NCBI GenBank assembly: GCA_000002435.2
Contig: CM018792.1
Source: Giardia intestinalis
Lineage: Eukaryota
Strand: one strand, 5' to 3'
DNA length: 64,000 bases
Each line of letters begins with the position of its first letter. Position 1 is the stretch's first letter. Under the pieces are notes generated by a model that saw only the letters and a list, made by a program, of their open reading frames with translations, did no database searches and had not been told where the DNA came from. Of the stretch, positions 34,047-44,625 are shown one piece after another. The position numbers were made by a program, and so were the translations under genes.

Positions 34047-37000
34047 TTAAGCTTCCAGAAGCCGTTTGAATTTCAATTGTAAGGTTTGACTAACAAGCTC
34101 AAGAGTGCTTTGAATCTCAGAAACTTCATTACATGACTCTAGCATCTCCCTGTTGGAGAAGACCTTGAACAAAAAGTTGAAGATTAACACGAAGCTAATA
34201 TAATTTGTTTCCTTCAAGAGTGGCAGAACATCACACGTACAATACTTCAAGTATGAAACCATGCGCTCTCGGACGCCCAACCACATAGAGGAGCAGTCGA
34301 TGAGTTTGTTCTGTACCAACTTATTCTTGATTCTAGAAACGGCCACCAGAACATTATGTAAGCATCCAACTGAGAAGATTTGATTTATAAGAGGAGTGAA
34401 TTCAATAGACCCCGGATTAACTATCGTTTCAGTTGCTTCTTTGTGAAGAGCAGCCGCCACTCTTTGATTTAGAGAAGAGTATGTCACGCCAGAGAGAGCA
34501 ATACTTTTAGGCTTCCGTATATCAAGCACCAACTCATCAATTTCACTGAAAACACTATACAGTAGAAACTCTAGGTAACACTCTGTGGCTGTGTTAAGAA
34601 CCAAAAAGGTCGACTGACAAGCTCTGAAAAATGCACCAGATTCATCAAACGAATATAGATTTGCATAGTCTGCAGGCTTGTTTTCTGCTGAAAAACAATT
34701 TCTAGCAAAAGCATAGGACTGGCGTGTCTTGTGCAAAGAGAAATCTACAAGCTGCGACGTGTCTAGCTCTGAGCGAATCTCCATGATAGCGTCTGCAGAA
34801 TAGTATGAGCTAGCGGTTTCAATGGAATATTGTAGCTCGTCAAGAAGCGAAACCCCTAGGAATAACTGGCCTAGAAGAGACGCGCTGGCGGAAAGCTCTA
34901 TATTGATATCAAACTTCGATGCTAGAAGAGGGAGAAGATTTCTTTGGACAATAAAACTATCAGTAATGAGCTGCTGAAGAGAAGCTTCTATACTTTGAGC
35001 CGTATGCTGGGCAAATAGCTTTCTATAAAAAGACTTATCAAGTGCCTCAAAGTTCAACGAGTGAAGCGAATTGTTAGACTGATTAGGCTGCTGTGCATCG
35101 GAAAGTACACCTATCCGAGTCTTGCCCAGCTCAAAACTGGAGGTCTTCGACTGGTATTCGTTCAGTAGATGGAGGCTAAAGATAGCCCCACCCATATATC
35201 CCTGGATTATAGTCAAAAAGGCCCTTATCAGATCTTCCACGGTTGAGCTTTTCATTCTGGACACAAAGAGCGTAGCATGTTCCAAAAGAGATAGAATCGC
35301 GAGTATGCACAGCGAAATGGACTGTTCAGATATATGGTTATTAGAGGCACGTTGATCCCATTGCTTTATTATAGCTCCAGTATAAATGGAATAGACATGC
35401 CTAAGAATTCCATAATCATATGCTAAGTAGGCTGCATCATTGCGTACAGTTGTTGCTAAGGGAATAAATGCATTGCCTTTAATGTCTGAGGCTACATCTG
35501 CTGAGAAAGACTGTCCTTTAGCCATTTTTAGAGTAGGAGAAAGACTCATCATCTGGGGGGTCTGCTCGGGAGAATCTACAGAGCATACTGGAAGCGTACC
35601 CTCACGAAGAATTGTCGACGGATTGACGACTGAACATGTCCCGATAGATCTAGCAACAGATTGCGCAGTGAATAGATAGGACTTCAATACAGATGCCTCT
35701 AGGCTAGAGATAAATTGAAAAGCTCCTTTGCTGATTCTCGAATACCCTGCTCCCAGTGTACCGAGAACATCTAGAAGATGATATCCAGCATTTAGCGCAT
35801 CAAGGCAAATGGAATTGAAGATTATTATGTCTGTTCTGCGTGTAGTAACAAATTGAGCAATCTGCTTCAGAAGCAGATTGACGATGTATGCTACAATGCC
35901 TTGGGTCAGTCCGGGGATTGTTCGGACAAGAAATCCCAATCCATCGATGAAATACCGCATTGTTGCAAAATAAAAGTCGACGGGCTTTTGAAGCTTGCTT
36001 GCTAGTAAGGTTGAGATGGGTGAGCTCATATGAAGCAATTGCAAAATAAGACTAGAGAATGAAGAGTCCCCAATTTGCTCGAATAATGGAAGCTCCTTTG
36101 CAAATGGAATCTGGATCTGCTTCTGATCTAAGATCGGTCCAATATAACACATGTTCTGGGTACGGATGAGCTCTTTTGGCCTTAGTCCGACGTACAGTAA
36201 AAAATCGGACCAACAATATATATTCTGCTGTGTCCCACCTGGCGAGACAAGAGAACTAGAGAGTTGTTTCGGTATCGGGCTTGGCTCGCTAGAGATTAGG
36301 CCTGACTTAATAGCGGAAATGGAAGATCCTGCATTCGATAGGGGAGACATTGGAGGGCGCTGTGGAGAGTCAAGAGTCGATTGAGCAGAGTCTGGTGGTG
36401 AACGGAGGGTAGGCTCTACGTCATCAAGAGTGCACTCAATGCATATGTAATTAAGGGAAAAAACAAACACAATCTGGTTGTAGATAATAAGAAGGATGAG
36501 ACGCAGTATTTCCTCGCTCAAAAGACCGGCCATTCCTGTAAAGGAAATACGTTGCACCAAGCCATACCTTACGTCCCAAGGTAGCGCAGTTGTCAGAGAC
36601 AGAGAAAAGGGAAAGACATCAGAGACAATCGCGTCACTAAAGACATCCTTAAAGTTTCCGGAGAATGTATAACCATAGCTACATAGCTTTCCAAAGGTGC
36701 TTAAAGAAATCTTTGGATCAAACGCTATTTCTTCCGTAACTATAAATTTGTAGAGTAAGGTCTCGAATCGTGGAGCAAAGTCCATTAGCTTCTTATTCAG
36801 GATTTGAGAGTTTTCTGGAACGAGCTTCGTCGCAACTGCGTTTTGACCAAAGATCGAAGATATGTTGGAGTCTTCTAGCTTCTTTATATCTATCCGTGTC
36901 AAGAACATATTTAGATTTTCTCCAAGAATAGCATTCTGTTGTCCCAATTGAGTCAATACCGTTGAGAGAAGTTCTACCTTGCTAGCTGCCTTCATATCGA

Positions 37001-37454
37001 GATAGAAGTACTTATTCTTGAGGGAGATGAGATATTGCAAGTACATCCTCAAGTCCTCTTGGTTAGCAGAAGCGATATAATCAACCAGGGATATGCAGCT
37101 CGCCATTTCGTCTGATAGTTTAAAGAAATCGGCGTGCTGCATAGCCTGATCGTACTTGAGTTGAAGCTGGTCTCTAGCCTTGCAGCGCGCAATCACATCC
37201 GAAAAAACTCCCATTGACTTTTCCGTGAGAGCACTAAACTTCTCGCTATGAAAGTCGATGGACTTCGTAAGAGATATCATTCTGTTAATGCACGTGAGGA
37301 GAGAGGAGAAGTCAACGAATTTCTCCTGAACATCTCGGGCTGCCTCTTCTGCGTTGCCTCGCTTCTTCTGCTTCAGTTGGTTAAGCTGGTCGTTCACACT
37401 ATCTCTGGACCCATCACATCCCAGTGCCTTCAGCTTCTGAACGACTGGATCCAT
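34047..37454 (-). CDS. Large conserved hypothetical protein (1,135 aa); family not recognised
   Basis: Long uninterrupted ORF starting at an ATG, with typical Giardia codon composition and an N-terminal coiled-coil-like region. Confidence 0.5.
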   Translation of the reverse strand: MDPVVQKLKALGCDGSRDSVNDQLNQLKQKKRGNAEEAARDVQEKFVDFSSLLTCINRMISLTKSIDFHSEKFSALTEKSMGVFSDVIARCKARDQLQLKYDQAMQHADFFKLSDEMASCISLVDYIASANQEDLRMYLQYLISLKNKYFYLDMKAASKVELLSTVLTQLGQQNAILGENLNMFLTRIDIKKLEDSNISSIFGQNAVATKLVPENSQILNKKLMDFAPRFETLLYKFIVTEEIAFDPKISLSTFGKLCSYGYTFSGNFKDVFSDAIVSDVFPFSLSLTTALPWDVRYGLVQRISFTGMAGLLSEEILRLILLIIYNQIVFVFSLNYICIECTLDDVEPTLRSPPDSAQSTLDSPQRPPMSPLSNAGSSISAIKSGLISSEPSPIPKQLSSSLVSPGGTQQNIYCWSDFLLYVGLRPKELIRTQNMCYIGPILDQKQIQIPFAKELPLFEQIGDSSFSSLILQLLHMSSPISTLLASKLQKPVDFYFATMRYFIDGLGFLVRTIPGLTQGIVAYIVNLLLKQIAQFVTTRRTDIIIFNSICLDALNAGYHLLDVLGTLGAGYSRISKGAFQFISSLEASVLKSYLFTAQSVARSIGTCSVVNPSTILREGTLPVCSVDSPEQTPQMMSLSPTLKMAKGQSFSADVASDIKGNAFIPLATTVRNDAAYLAYDYGILRHVYSIYTGAIIKQWDQRASNNHISEQSISLCILAILSLLEHATLFVSRMKSSTVEDLIRAFLTIIQGYMGGAIFSLHLLNEYQSKTSSFELGKTRIGVLSDAQQPNQSNNSLHSLNFEALDKSFYRKLFAQHTAQSIEASLQQLITDSFIVQRNLLPLLASKFDINIELSASASLLGQLFLGVSLLDELQYSIETASSYYSADAIMEIRSELDTSQLVDFSLHKTRQSYAFARNCFSAENKPADYANLYSFDESGAFFRACQSTFLVLNTATECYLEFLLYSVFSEIDELVLDIRKPKSIALSGVTYSSLNQRVAAALHKEATETIVNPGSIEFTPLINQIFSVGCLHNVLVAVSRIKNKLVQNKLIDCSSMWLGVRERMVSYLKYCTCDVLPLLKETNYISFVLIFNFLFKVFSNREMLESCNEVSEIQSTLELVSQTLQLKFKRLLEA

Positions 37455-37553
37455 AGAAAGGGCCTGTTTTTAATTTGTTCAAGACTGCAGGAACAAAGTA
37501 CTTTATTCACTAGGCTAGATATGACATAGACATCAGTTACCAGATGGTAGTGC

Positions 37554-39872
37554 CTAGTTTGCTTCCATTGCCTTAAGCGTCTCATCTGGAAGACCGGTGA
37601 ATATCTGAACTTCGGGTTCCTTGATATTCTTGAGACTTTTCTGATGAAGCATGGTCTTTTTAAACTTCCCTATTTCTTCAGCGTGTCCTGGTACGTTTTT
37701 GAAGGAGGATGCGCTCGAAGCGTGTGAGTGAGCAACAGGGGTAACCTTCCTTTGCTCATGCGTAGCATCTGCCTCTAGGGAAGACTTTCCATCTAGTTTT
37801 GCTGCTCGCCGTGCGTCCCGCTGATATTGGGAGACATCAGAACCAGTGTTTCGTGCCACCCTTATTCGTGCATCATGTGCCGCCTTTTCCCTGGCAATTG
37901 CCTCTGCATTCAGACCTCCATGAAGAGCATCTCCACATTTTCCTGCCCCAGCCGCTAAGCCCAGGGCCTGACCATTGTTACTGTTGCCACTGCTGCCGAT
38001 AGCTGCAGGCTTTGATTGACTCCCAGAGCTGGCGGCCGTTGGTCTCTGCTCGCTTAAGATAGCAGCCACCTTAGCGGCAGCTGAGTTTGATTCTACTTTC
38101 TTGAGAGAGGGATTAGTCTTCCGCTTCTGGCGGGTATCTTCTTGTCTATCACGGTGGTTGTTGCTGGAAGTCGCATATTGTTCCTTATATTCGCGACCGC
38201 GACTTACGTGCGACCGTTGATTAACTGATGGAGCTGGAGCAGGTATACCACTGTTTAAAACATCAGTTAAAGGCGGCTGAAGGATTTGCTTTGCCCCGTC
38301 AGTTGTATCGTATTCGTGGTCCTGGCCAGGCTCAGAAGAGCGAGACTCTATGCGTGAATGGCCTCGAGAGGAGTGGCGAGAAAGACTATCTAGACCTATC
38401 TTGTAAACCCCGTCGTGGAAGTCAATGAACACAAACTGAGTAAGTAATGAGCGTGATATCTTTCGCATAACACGAACGTTAGGGTCCCTCTTATCTTCTC
38501 TTGCATTGGTGCTTACGCTCCTACTCTCAGGATTACTAAATAACTCACTGGGAGAACGAGGCCGTCGCAACCCCTTCCGCTCTTCAAATTCCTTCTGAAG
38601 TCTCATGCCGACGCCAGCTCCAATCAATCCTACCTCTGCCAGTGATGAGGCTGGTCGCGGTGCACTCCTCCCCCTCTCCCGCTCCAACTCAGACATGGCT
38701 GTAATGGATGCTAGAGACGACTTTGTGCTGTCAGAGCGACGAAGAGACTTGGTCGGAAGCCGCGGCTCAGAGACACTTCGTGTCGGTGTGCCGACATTGT
38801 TCATAGCTAAAGTGAGAACAGATTCACGATCCCTGCTGCCTTTCTCATTGATGGTAATGCGATCTCTGGATGCACCACTACGCTGCTTTTCAGCGTCTCC
38901 CCACCTAATAGTGTTGCCACCAGTAGCGCCAGCAAACATATGTGGCGGTGAGCGCACAAAGCTAGCTACATTCAATAACCCCTTAAGGATGTCATCACAG
39001 CTAGGACGCTTATTGGGAAGCTTTGATAAGGTTCGTTCTAAAATCGCTGTCAACACAACAGAGTGCTCGTGCTCATGGTATTGTTTAATTATGTTACGAC
39101 TATCGGTAAAAGACTCGTATTTCTGAATCTTATTCATTATAGCGAAAAAGTTGCCACCAGAAAAAAGCGGATTGAAAGTTAATATTTCGTAAAGAACACA
39201 CCCTAACGACCAGATGTCTATCTTGTTGTCATATCCCTCCTCATTGAAAACCTCTGGCGCCATGGTCTGAATGGTGCCAATTGCTGTATGATCCATGTTG
39301 ACGAGTTTGGGATCGATGTGCTTGCATGTGCCAAAATCCGCTAGTTTGACCATCATAATTTGGCTCAAGGGGTCCCTGGGAGACTTCAGCATCACTAGAA
39401 TATTCTTTGCGGAGATATCCCTATGGATGAGGTTGAACGCATGGAGATATGCAACCCCTGAGACTATTTGTACAAATAAACTAAAGGCCTCCTCTATGCG
39501 AAAATATGCTCCCTTTTCTTTACGGTGCATTATAATTTGATCTAATGAACTATCAGCAAGATCCATCACTATGATCATGGTATCCGACCCATTGCCGAGA
39601 CCCATATCGTTAGGGGCATGCATAAAGGACTCTCTGAACTTGATGATATAATTGTTCTTGAAAGTAGAATGTAGCTCCACCTCTTTGGCCGCGTGCTTCT
39701 TCTCTTTAGCTGTGTATTGCTCATAGAAGATTTCCTTTATACAAACCTTTTCAGTGCTTCCTTCTAGATTTGCGCTCCAGCACCGAGCGTATGTCCCCGA
39801 CCCAATGTCTTCAATTAAACGATATGTCTTTCCAGTGTTGGGAGAGGTGATGGCACATCCCGCCTCAAGCAT
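37554..39872 (-). CDS. Ser/Thr protein kinase (NEK-like) with a long Ser/Arg-rich disordered C-terminal tail
   Basis: 'GSGTYARCW...CIKEI', 'HRDISAKNILV', 'LADFGTCK', 'TMAPEVF', 'DIWSLGCVLYEILT'. A/T-rich initiator (ggaaaatttaaaATG) on the minus strand. Confidence 0.8.
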   Translation of the reverse strand: MLEAGCAITSPNTGKTYRLIEDIGSGTYARCWSANLEGSTEKVCIKEIFYEQYTAKEKKHAAKEVELHSTFKNNYIIKFRESFMHAPNDMGLGNGSDTMIIVMDLADSSLDQIIMHRKEKGAYFRIEEAFSLFVQIVSGVAYLHAFNLIHRDISAKNILVMLKSPRDPLSQIMMVKLADFGTCKHIDPKLVNMDHTAIGTIQTMAPEVFNEEGYDNKIDIWSLGCVLYEILTFNPLFSGGNFFAIMNKIQKYESFTDSRNIIKQYHEHEHSVVLTAILERTLSKLPNKRPSCDDILKGLLNVASFVRSPPHMFAGATGGNTIRWGDAEKQRSGASRDRITINEKGSRDRESVLTLAMNNVGTPTRSVSEPRLPTKSLRRSDSTKSSLASITAMSELERERGRSAPRPASSLAEVGLIGAGVGMRLQKEFEERKGLRRPRSPSELFSNPESRSVSTNAREDKRDPNVRVMRKISRSLLTQFVFIDFHDGVYKIGLDSLSRHSSRGHSRIESRSSEPGQDHEYDTTDGAKQILQPPLTDVLNSGIPAPAPSVNQRSHVSRGREYKEQYATSSNNHRDRQEDTRQKRKTNPSLKKVESNSAAAKVAAILSEQRPTAASSGSQSKPAAIGSSGNSNNGQALGLAAGAGKCGDALHGGLNAEAIAREKAAHDARIRVARNTGSDVSQYQRDARRAAKLDGKSSLEADATHEQRKVTPVAHSHASSASSFKNVPGHAEEIGKFKKTMLHQKSLKNIKEPEVQIFTGLPDETLKAMEAN

Positions 39873-39983
39873 TTTAAATTTTCCGTCAAAATAAAGTTAC
39901 TACACGGTCCATTGCCAAGGACACAAGGAGCCTTGCAGCCACACAGGATCTAGATCTTGGTAACTAACCTGTAGTACTATAAC

Positions 39984-40613
39984 ATGGCCATAAAGAATCC
40001 TTTGCCATACTACACTGCAGTTTTCACAGTACTGAAATTGGTCAAAGATGAGAAGCACCTTTACAGTCTCAGACTTCATGCCAACTCAGTCGGTTTACTC
40101 TGCTTAGGCCCGGACCATCCTCTTCTGTCTCTCCCCGATGACTGGGTCATCACCAAGGCTAGCTATTCTGATGGTGCGCACCAAGCCTTGGTTACAATGT
40201 CTGGCAGACGGAAGAAGGGGGCGGGGGTTCTCTTTCCACCGGCCCCGCTATTGACAGTTACCCTCGCTCGTGTTCGCAGCCCTGATAGCAGCGATGATGT
40301 CACCCCTAACACCCTGTCGGTGGTAATTTACTTGCCAATACGATTGAAGTTGATCGAGATCAATGATTCTTTGGAACGCTTCCCTTGGCTACTGAAGACT
40401 TGCTACACTAATCGCGGATTCCTGGCCATCGGGCTATTGCGATACGACTATGCCCAGGCATTGGCAGCGACCCTGCCGATTCAAAGCTACAGGTTAATTG
40501 ATTATGAAAATCTACCACCAGAGGAGAAGGAAAGGGCTCCTACAGAGGAGCAGAGTGCTGCTACTGCCAGGGCGGTCATGATTAAGCTAGACCCATGTCC
40601 GCTAGCTACCTAG
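39984..40613 (+). CDS. Hypothetical protein (209 aa)
   Basis: ATG start and a clean ORF. It overlaps the stop of the convergent gene by 4 nt. Confidence 0.4.
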   Translation: MAIKNPLPYYTAVFTVLKLVKDEKHLYSLRLHANSVGLLCLGPDHPLLSLPDDWVITKASYSDGAHQALVTMSGRRKKGAGVLFPPAPLLTVTLARVRSPDSSDDVTPNTLSVVIYLPIRLKLIEINDSLERFPWLLKTCYTNRGFLAIGLLRYDYAQALAATLPIQSYRLIDYENLPPEEKERAPTEEQSAATARAVMIKLDPCPLAT

Positions 40614-41590
40614 GCTACCAGAGTTACCGTTTTCCCAGGAGACTTTATGTTCATCCCAGTTACAGAGACAGGGTTAAACATTACACGTGGGGGCTCTTGA
40701 GTACTAGATAAATTAAAGTACTGACGGAAGTATACACCACAAGCAAATGTACTCCACGGTCCCCACAGCTCTATCGCGTTATTGTCAGCTGCCGTCGCAT
40801 GTTTTGCCACAACAATAATTTTAGAACCTTCTGAGTCATGGTCGTTGCAAAGATACAGTGTAAATGGCGGCAGAGAAGTGCGAGACTCTACAACCAATAT
40901 CTTCCTTTGTGTATTGTCCTGTGCGGTAATGCGACTCATCCCGTACAATCTGTGGTATGGTCCTGTGCACGGTATAGTAAGGGCTCTTGCTATTCTTTCT
41001 TCGTTCTCAACCTTCTTTTTCCACGATAACGATAGTTCTCTCATTACTTTGCTCTGCAATGGATTGGCACTACATAAAGATGAATGCAGTCCAATACGTG
41101 ATGACTCCCCGGCTTTCAAGTCGGACAATTGTAAGTCAGAATCTTCTTCTGCTTTTTCAGGGCACCCAGTCACGGCCTTCCTTCTCATATGGGCGGAGGA
41201 TAATGAAGAGCTTTGTAAATCAAAGCAGTCAGAGGGCTCCTCACCTTGCATCTCATCCTTTTTAGTGAGGAAACCGCACGACTGGTGACCATGATCACTG
41301 TTCGAGCTTGGAGACGATGTTAGCGCACATAACTGAATGGGATCCTGTGTGCATACAGATCCTGAAAACAGCTCACTTTGACTCCTATCTGTACTTAAAT
41401 CAGAGCATGTGTGTGATTGCGGAGTAGATGTGATACTGTAGACATCTGGGTGGTGGCGCCCCTTTTGAATCGTAGGATTCGAGATAGACGAAATAGACGT
41501 TTCGTTGGGGTCACGAGGAGGCCTGGCGGCTCCAGTACAGCCAGACCTAGTCGATAAATCACTTGTCACACTCTTTATGTCATCAGACAT
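40610..41590 (-). CDS. Hypothetical Ser-rich protein (from the first ATG; the track start at 41650 is GTG)
   Basis: ORF with a low-complexity S/T-rich N-terminal half. Tightly packed between neighbouring genes. Confidence 0.4.
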   Translation of the reverse strand: MSDDIKSVTSDLSTRSGCTGAARPPRDPNETSISSISNPTIQKGRHHPDVYSITSTPQSHTCSDLSTDRSQSELFSGSVCTQDPIQLCALTSSPSSNSDHGHQSCGFLTKKDEMQGEEPSDCFDLQSSSLSSAHMRRKAVTGCPEKAEEDSDLQLSDLKAGESSRIGLHSSLCSANPLQSKVMRELSLSWKKKVENEERIARALTIPCTGPYHRLYGMSRITAQDNTQRKILVVESRTSLPPFTLYLCNDHDSEGSKIIVVAKHATAADNNAIELWGPWSTFACGVYFRQYFNLSSTQEPPRVMFNPVSVTGMNIKSPGKTVTLVA

Positions 41591-41649
41591 CACTACAGGG
41601 AAATACCCTGGCAGAAAAGTCAAGTTTAGTATACCTACCCTACAGTACA

Positions 41650-42348
41650 CTACATTCTATTTCGGGCTGCAAACTGCGCCTCCAGCCTAAGAGCACGCTG
41701 GTACTGTTCAGCCAATTCAACCTTTGCTAGTTCAAGCTCCCGGATTTCTCCTTGCACATCTTGAAGCTTAATGCGCAGGTCCTCGAGAGCCCGCCTTGTC
41801 TTCTCGCCATTATTACTTATGATCTCTCTCCTACGTTCATCTAGCGTAGCAATTTCTCTCTTAAGTCTCTCCTCTTCAGAGACCCACTGTGCTTTGAAGA
41901 ATTGTGCTCTCTGCTCCATTTCTGCCGTTCGTGCTTGTGCGCCTGCAAGCTTTTGGAGAATTAGCGATCTTCGCCTCTCTAACGAGGCTTTTATTCCCTC
42001 AGTTGCCTTATCATATTCGTCCTTAGCCTTCTCGTGAGCCTCTTGGACCGCAGCCATTAGCTTTTCCGTCACGGACGCTTCCTGCTGCGCAGTAGAGATG
42101 GCATCTGCAAGTCTTGTCTGCTTTTCTCGCAGGCGCACCTTCGCCGTATGCTGATCTTTGTCAAGTGCTTCTCTTTCCTTAAGAAGGTCTCCCTCTAACT
42201 TGGCTCGCAAGTCTAGCTCAGCATCTGTCATCTCCCCTTCCCACTGGGCTTGCCGTTCTCGTCTCCACATCTCAAAGCTCCATGTTATGATGTTTTGTAT
42301 AGCTGTGCGCCGCAGGTTAAACTCTTCGATTTCATTGAGATCTGCCAT
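41650..42348 (-). CDS. Coiled-coil protein (232 aa)
   Basis: Continuous heptad-like E/K/R/L-rich sequence (e.g. 'LREKQTRLADAISTAQQEASVTEKLMAAVQEAHEKAKDEYDKATEG'). Confidence 0.5.
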   Translation of the reverse strand: MADLNEIEEFNLRRTAIQNIITWSFEMWRRERQAQWEGEMTDAELDLRAKLEGDLLKEREALDKDQHTAKVRLREKQTRLADAISTAQQEASVTEKLMAAVQEAHEKAKDEYDKATEGIKASLERRRSLILQKLAGAQARTAEMEQRAQFFKAQWVSEEERLKREIATLDERRREIISNNGEKTRRALEDLRIKLQDVQGEIRELELAKVELAEQYQRALRLEAQFAARNRM

Positions 42349-42792
42349 TATAAACGGTTTACGAAACCCTAAATTTTAGATCCACGACCTTCTATTTCAA
42401 TTACTTATCGTAGATCAGGGTCCATTCGCTGGGGAATGCTGTCCGTGACGTGGATAATGTTGGTATTGAAGACCTAGACCAGTGAGCAGCCACGGCTCAC
42501 TATCGCCTGTGGTCATCACCTTGCAGTAAATAGAAAACATACTTCTTGTTTCGAAGTGGTAGACAACCATGTCCTTAGTGCAGAGCCTTAGTTAATCGGG
42601 GTAGTTAAAAGTACATACTTTTACTGTTTACTGTTAAAGTAATATTACTTATTTTAACAAGTGTTGTGATCAGTAATATTACTCCGCTCTACCTTATCAC
42701 GCTCAGGGTAGTAGTCTCTAGCTATGGTGCTGCAACTAATGTTTTGCGTTCTGGGCAAACACTTTTCAATCAAAAAAAAGTGTTCAAAAAAA

Positions 42793-44613
42793 ATGGCGGA
42801 TGGCATAGAAGATCTCCCAGAGATCAAGTTCTCTCGGATGCATCAAGAGGAAGTACCGCCTATTTATCCAGGTGCAGACTACTTGCTTTCTGGCCACCCT
42901 ATTAGTTCTACTCAGTCTGTGCATTTTGTGCCTCCGGGGCTTATTCCTATCAATGGCCAGTCTGGTCTCGATCCCTCGCCTATTCATCAAGCTGTGCCGT
43001 ACTACTCCCCCTCTCACGCACATGCTCTGTCTCCTGTGACGGGCTCGTTGACTAGTAGTACTGCAGCGCTGGCCACTGCACCCCTTGATGGCTCTATGCC
43101 GTCTAGCGTCGGTTTAGACTTCCCGCCTCCAGATATGGCGCATCGCCCTGCTTGCACAGCAACTCCAGTGTCGTCAGTGACCTCTGGCGTGTCTCCTCCA
43201 CACAACCTCTCCTTAAACCCTAACCCGGTCACTGTTCCTATGTCGATACCCGTACAGATGGCACCCGTTGCTTCCTCTCCATCGCTACTATGTGCCATGC
43301 AGTATCCTACTCAGCATCAGTATCCTAGCAGTTTTCCGTCCCTAGCCCATGGTAACCCTGGCCATCCATACTACTTCTCCTGTCCTCCATTCCCCTACTC
43401 GGCAGGCTCCTTGCACAGTCAGCCACCCGTACATTCGCACTCTCCCGTTGCAGGGCCAGTTCCGTTCTACTTTACACCTCATACTGCACCTCAGCTGGCT
43501 TATTCACAACCAGTACTCTCTACTCAGACTTTTGCACCACTTACAGTACCCCCTGTACCCGTCCCCAGTGGTGGACAGAGCTCTTTGACAGCCGTAGCTG
43601 CAACCACAGCGGCAACTACAATAGCTGTTCGTAGGACCGGTGGCAAGGACCGTCCATCTATCTTCCAAGAGCGAGCGAGGGTAAGCGTATCTACGAGACG
43701 GGGTGAACCCCCTGAGGTGTCCTCCAAGGACGCTGCTGAGGCAAAGAAAGCCGAACTGATGCAAGCAGGCCCACGGGCTGCAATAGCATATATGAGGGAA
43801 AATGAAAAGCACATAGAGGTGCTTATGATGTCTCCTTGTGGAAATCATCTGCTCCAGGCCCTCGTTAAGCTTTCTCCAGATGTTGTAGGGTCCATTATAC
43901 TCAACAGTACAACATATAATGAGGACATCTTCAGGATGATTATTAAGGGGAAATGTAGCTGCTGGGTTTTACAGGCTATATTTAGTTGTGGATACGTTCA
44001 CGACAAGACTTTTGAGGATTTACTGATCAAGCATCACGAGGAGATTGCAAAAAGTGAGTATGGAAACTTTGTCCTTCAAAGGGCTATAGAGTGCCCACAG
44101 TTTCAGTTTTTTGATACTTTGTCCGAACATCTCCTGCTAAGCTTTCAATCTATATGCGGCTGTAAGTACGGTTCTCACGTGGCAGAGTGTCTCATCAAGA
44201 CCCTTTCTGCAAGATCTAAGCTTGATGCCGCTGCATACTGGCTGTTCACTCAACCATATTTTTATGGCCTAATAATTGACCAGCACGGATGCTTTGTAGT
44301 AGAGAAGATAGCAGAGGTTGCAACAGGAGAAGTGAAGACATGCTGCTTACGTATTGTTAAGTATGTGATTAGTCTTTTCGCCCCCGGCAGCCAGCCTCAC
44401 GAAGCGGCAGAGCTATTGGGTATTACTCAGCAGATTACCCCTAATCTAGTTGAAAACATCAATAGTATTCTTTATTCTGTTAAATTGAGATGTAGAACCA
44501 TCAATAAATCCTTTGAGTCCATGGTTCCAATGTCTCAAAAAGATCTTCATGCATTTCTTAAGGACCGCAATATTTCGGTAGTAGGTCCTATGGGCTGCTC
44601 GGACGCTATGTAA
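42793..44613 (+). CDS. Pumilio/PUF-repeat RNA-binding protein with a Pro/Ser-rich N-terminal region
   Basis: PUF-like helices 'GNHLLQALVK', 'CSCWVLQAIF', 'YGNFVLQRAIE', 'YGSHVAECLIK'. The ATG at 42793 is preceded by caaaaaaaATGG. The track start at 42724 adds 23 implausible residues. Confidence 0.6.
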   Translation: MADGIEDLPEIKFSRMHQEEVPPIYPGADYLLSGHPISSTQSVHFVPPGLIPINGQSGLDPSPIHQAVPYYSPSHAHALSPVTGSLTSSTAALATAPLDGSMPSSVGLDFPPPDMAHRPACTATPVSSVTSGVSPPHNLSLNPNPVTVPMSIPVQMAPVASSPSLLCAMQYPTQHQYPSSFPSLAHGNPGHPYYFSCPPFPYSAGSLHSQPPVHSHSPVAGPVPFYFTPHTAPQLAYSQPVLSTQTFAPLTVPPVPVPSGGQSSLTAVAATTAATTIAVRRTGGKDRPSIFQERARVSVSTRRGEPPEVSSKDAAEAKKAELMQAGPRAAIAYMRENEKHIEVLMMSPCGNHLLQALVKLSPDVVGSIILNSTTYNEDIFRMIIKGKCSCWVLQAIFSCGYVHDKTFEDLLIKHHEEIAKSEYGNFVLQRAIECPQFQFFDTLSEHLLLSFQSICGCKYGSHVAECLIKTLSARSKLDAAAYWLFTQPYFYGLIIDQHGCFVVEKIAEVATGEVKTCCLRIVKYVISLFAPGSQPHEAAELLGITQQITPNLVENINSILYSVKLRCRTINKSFESMVPMSQKDLHAFLKDRNISVVGPMGCSDAM

Positions 44614-44625
44614 ATGCAATGTCTC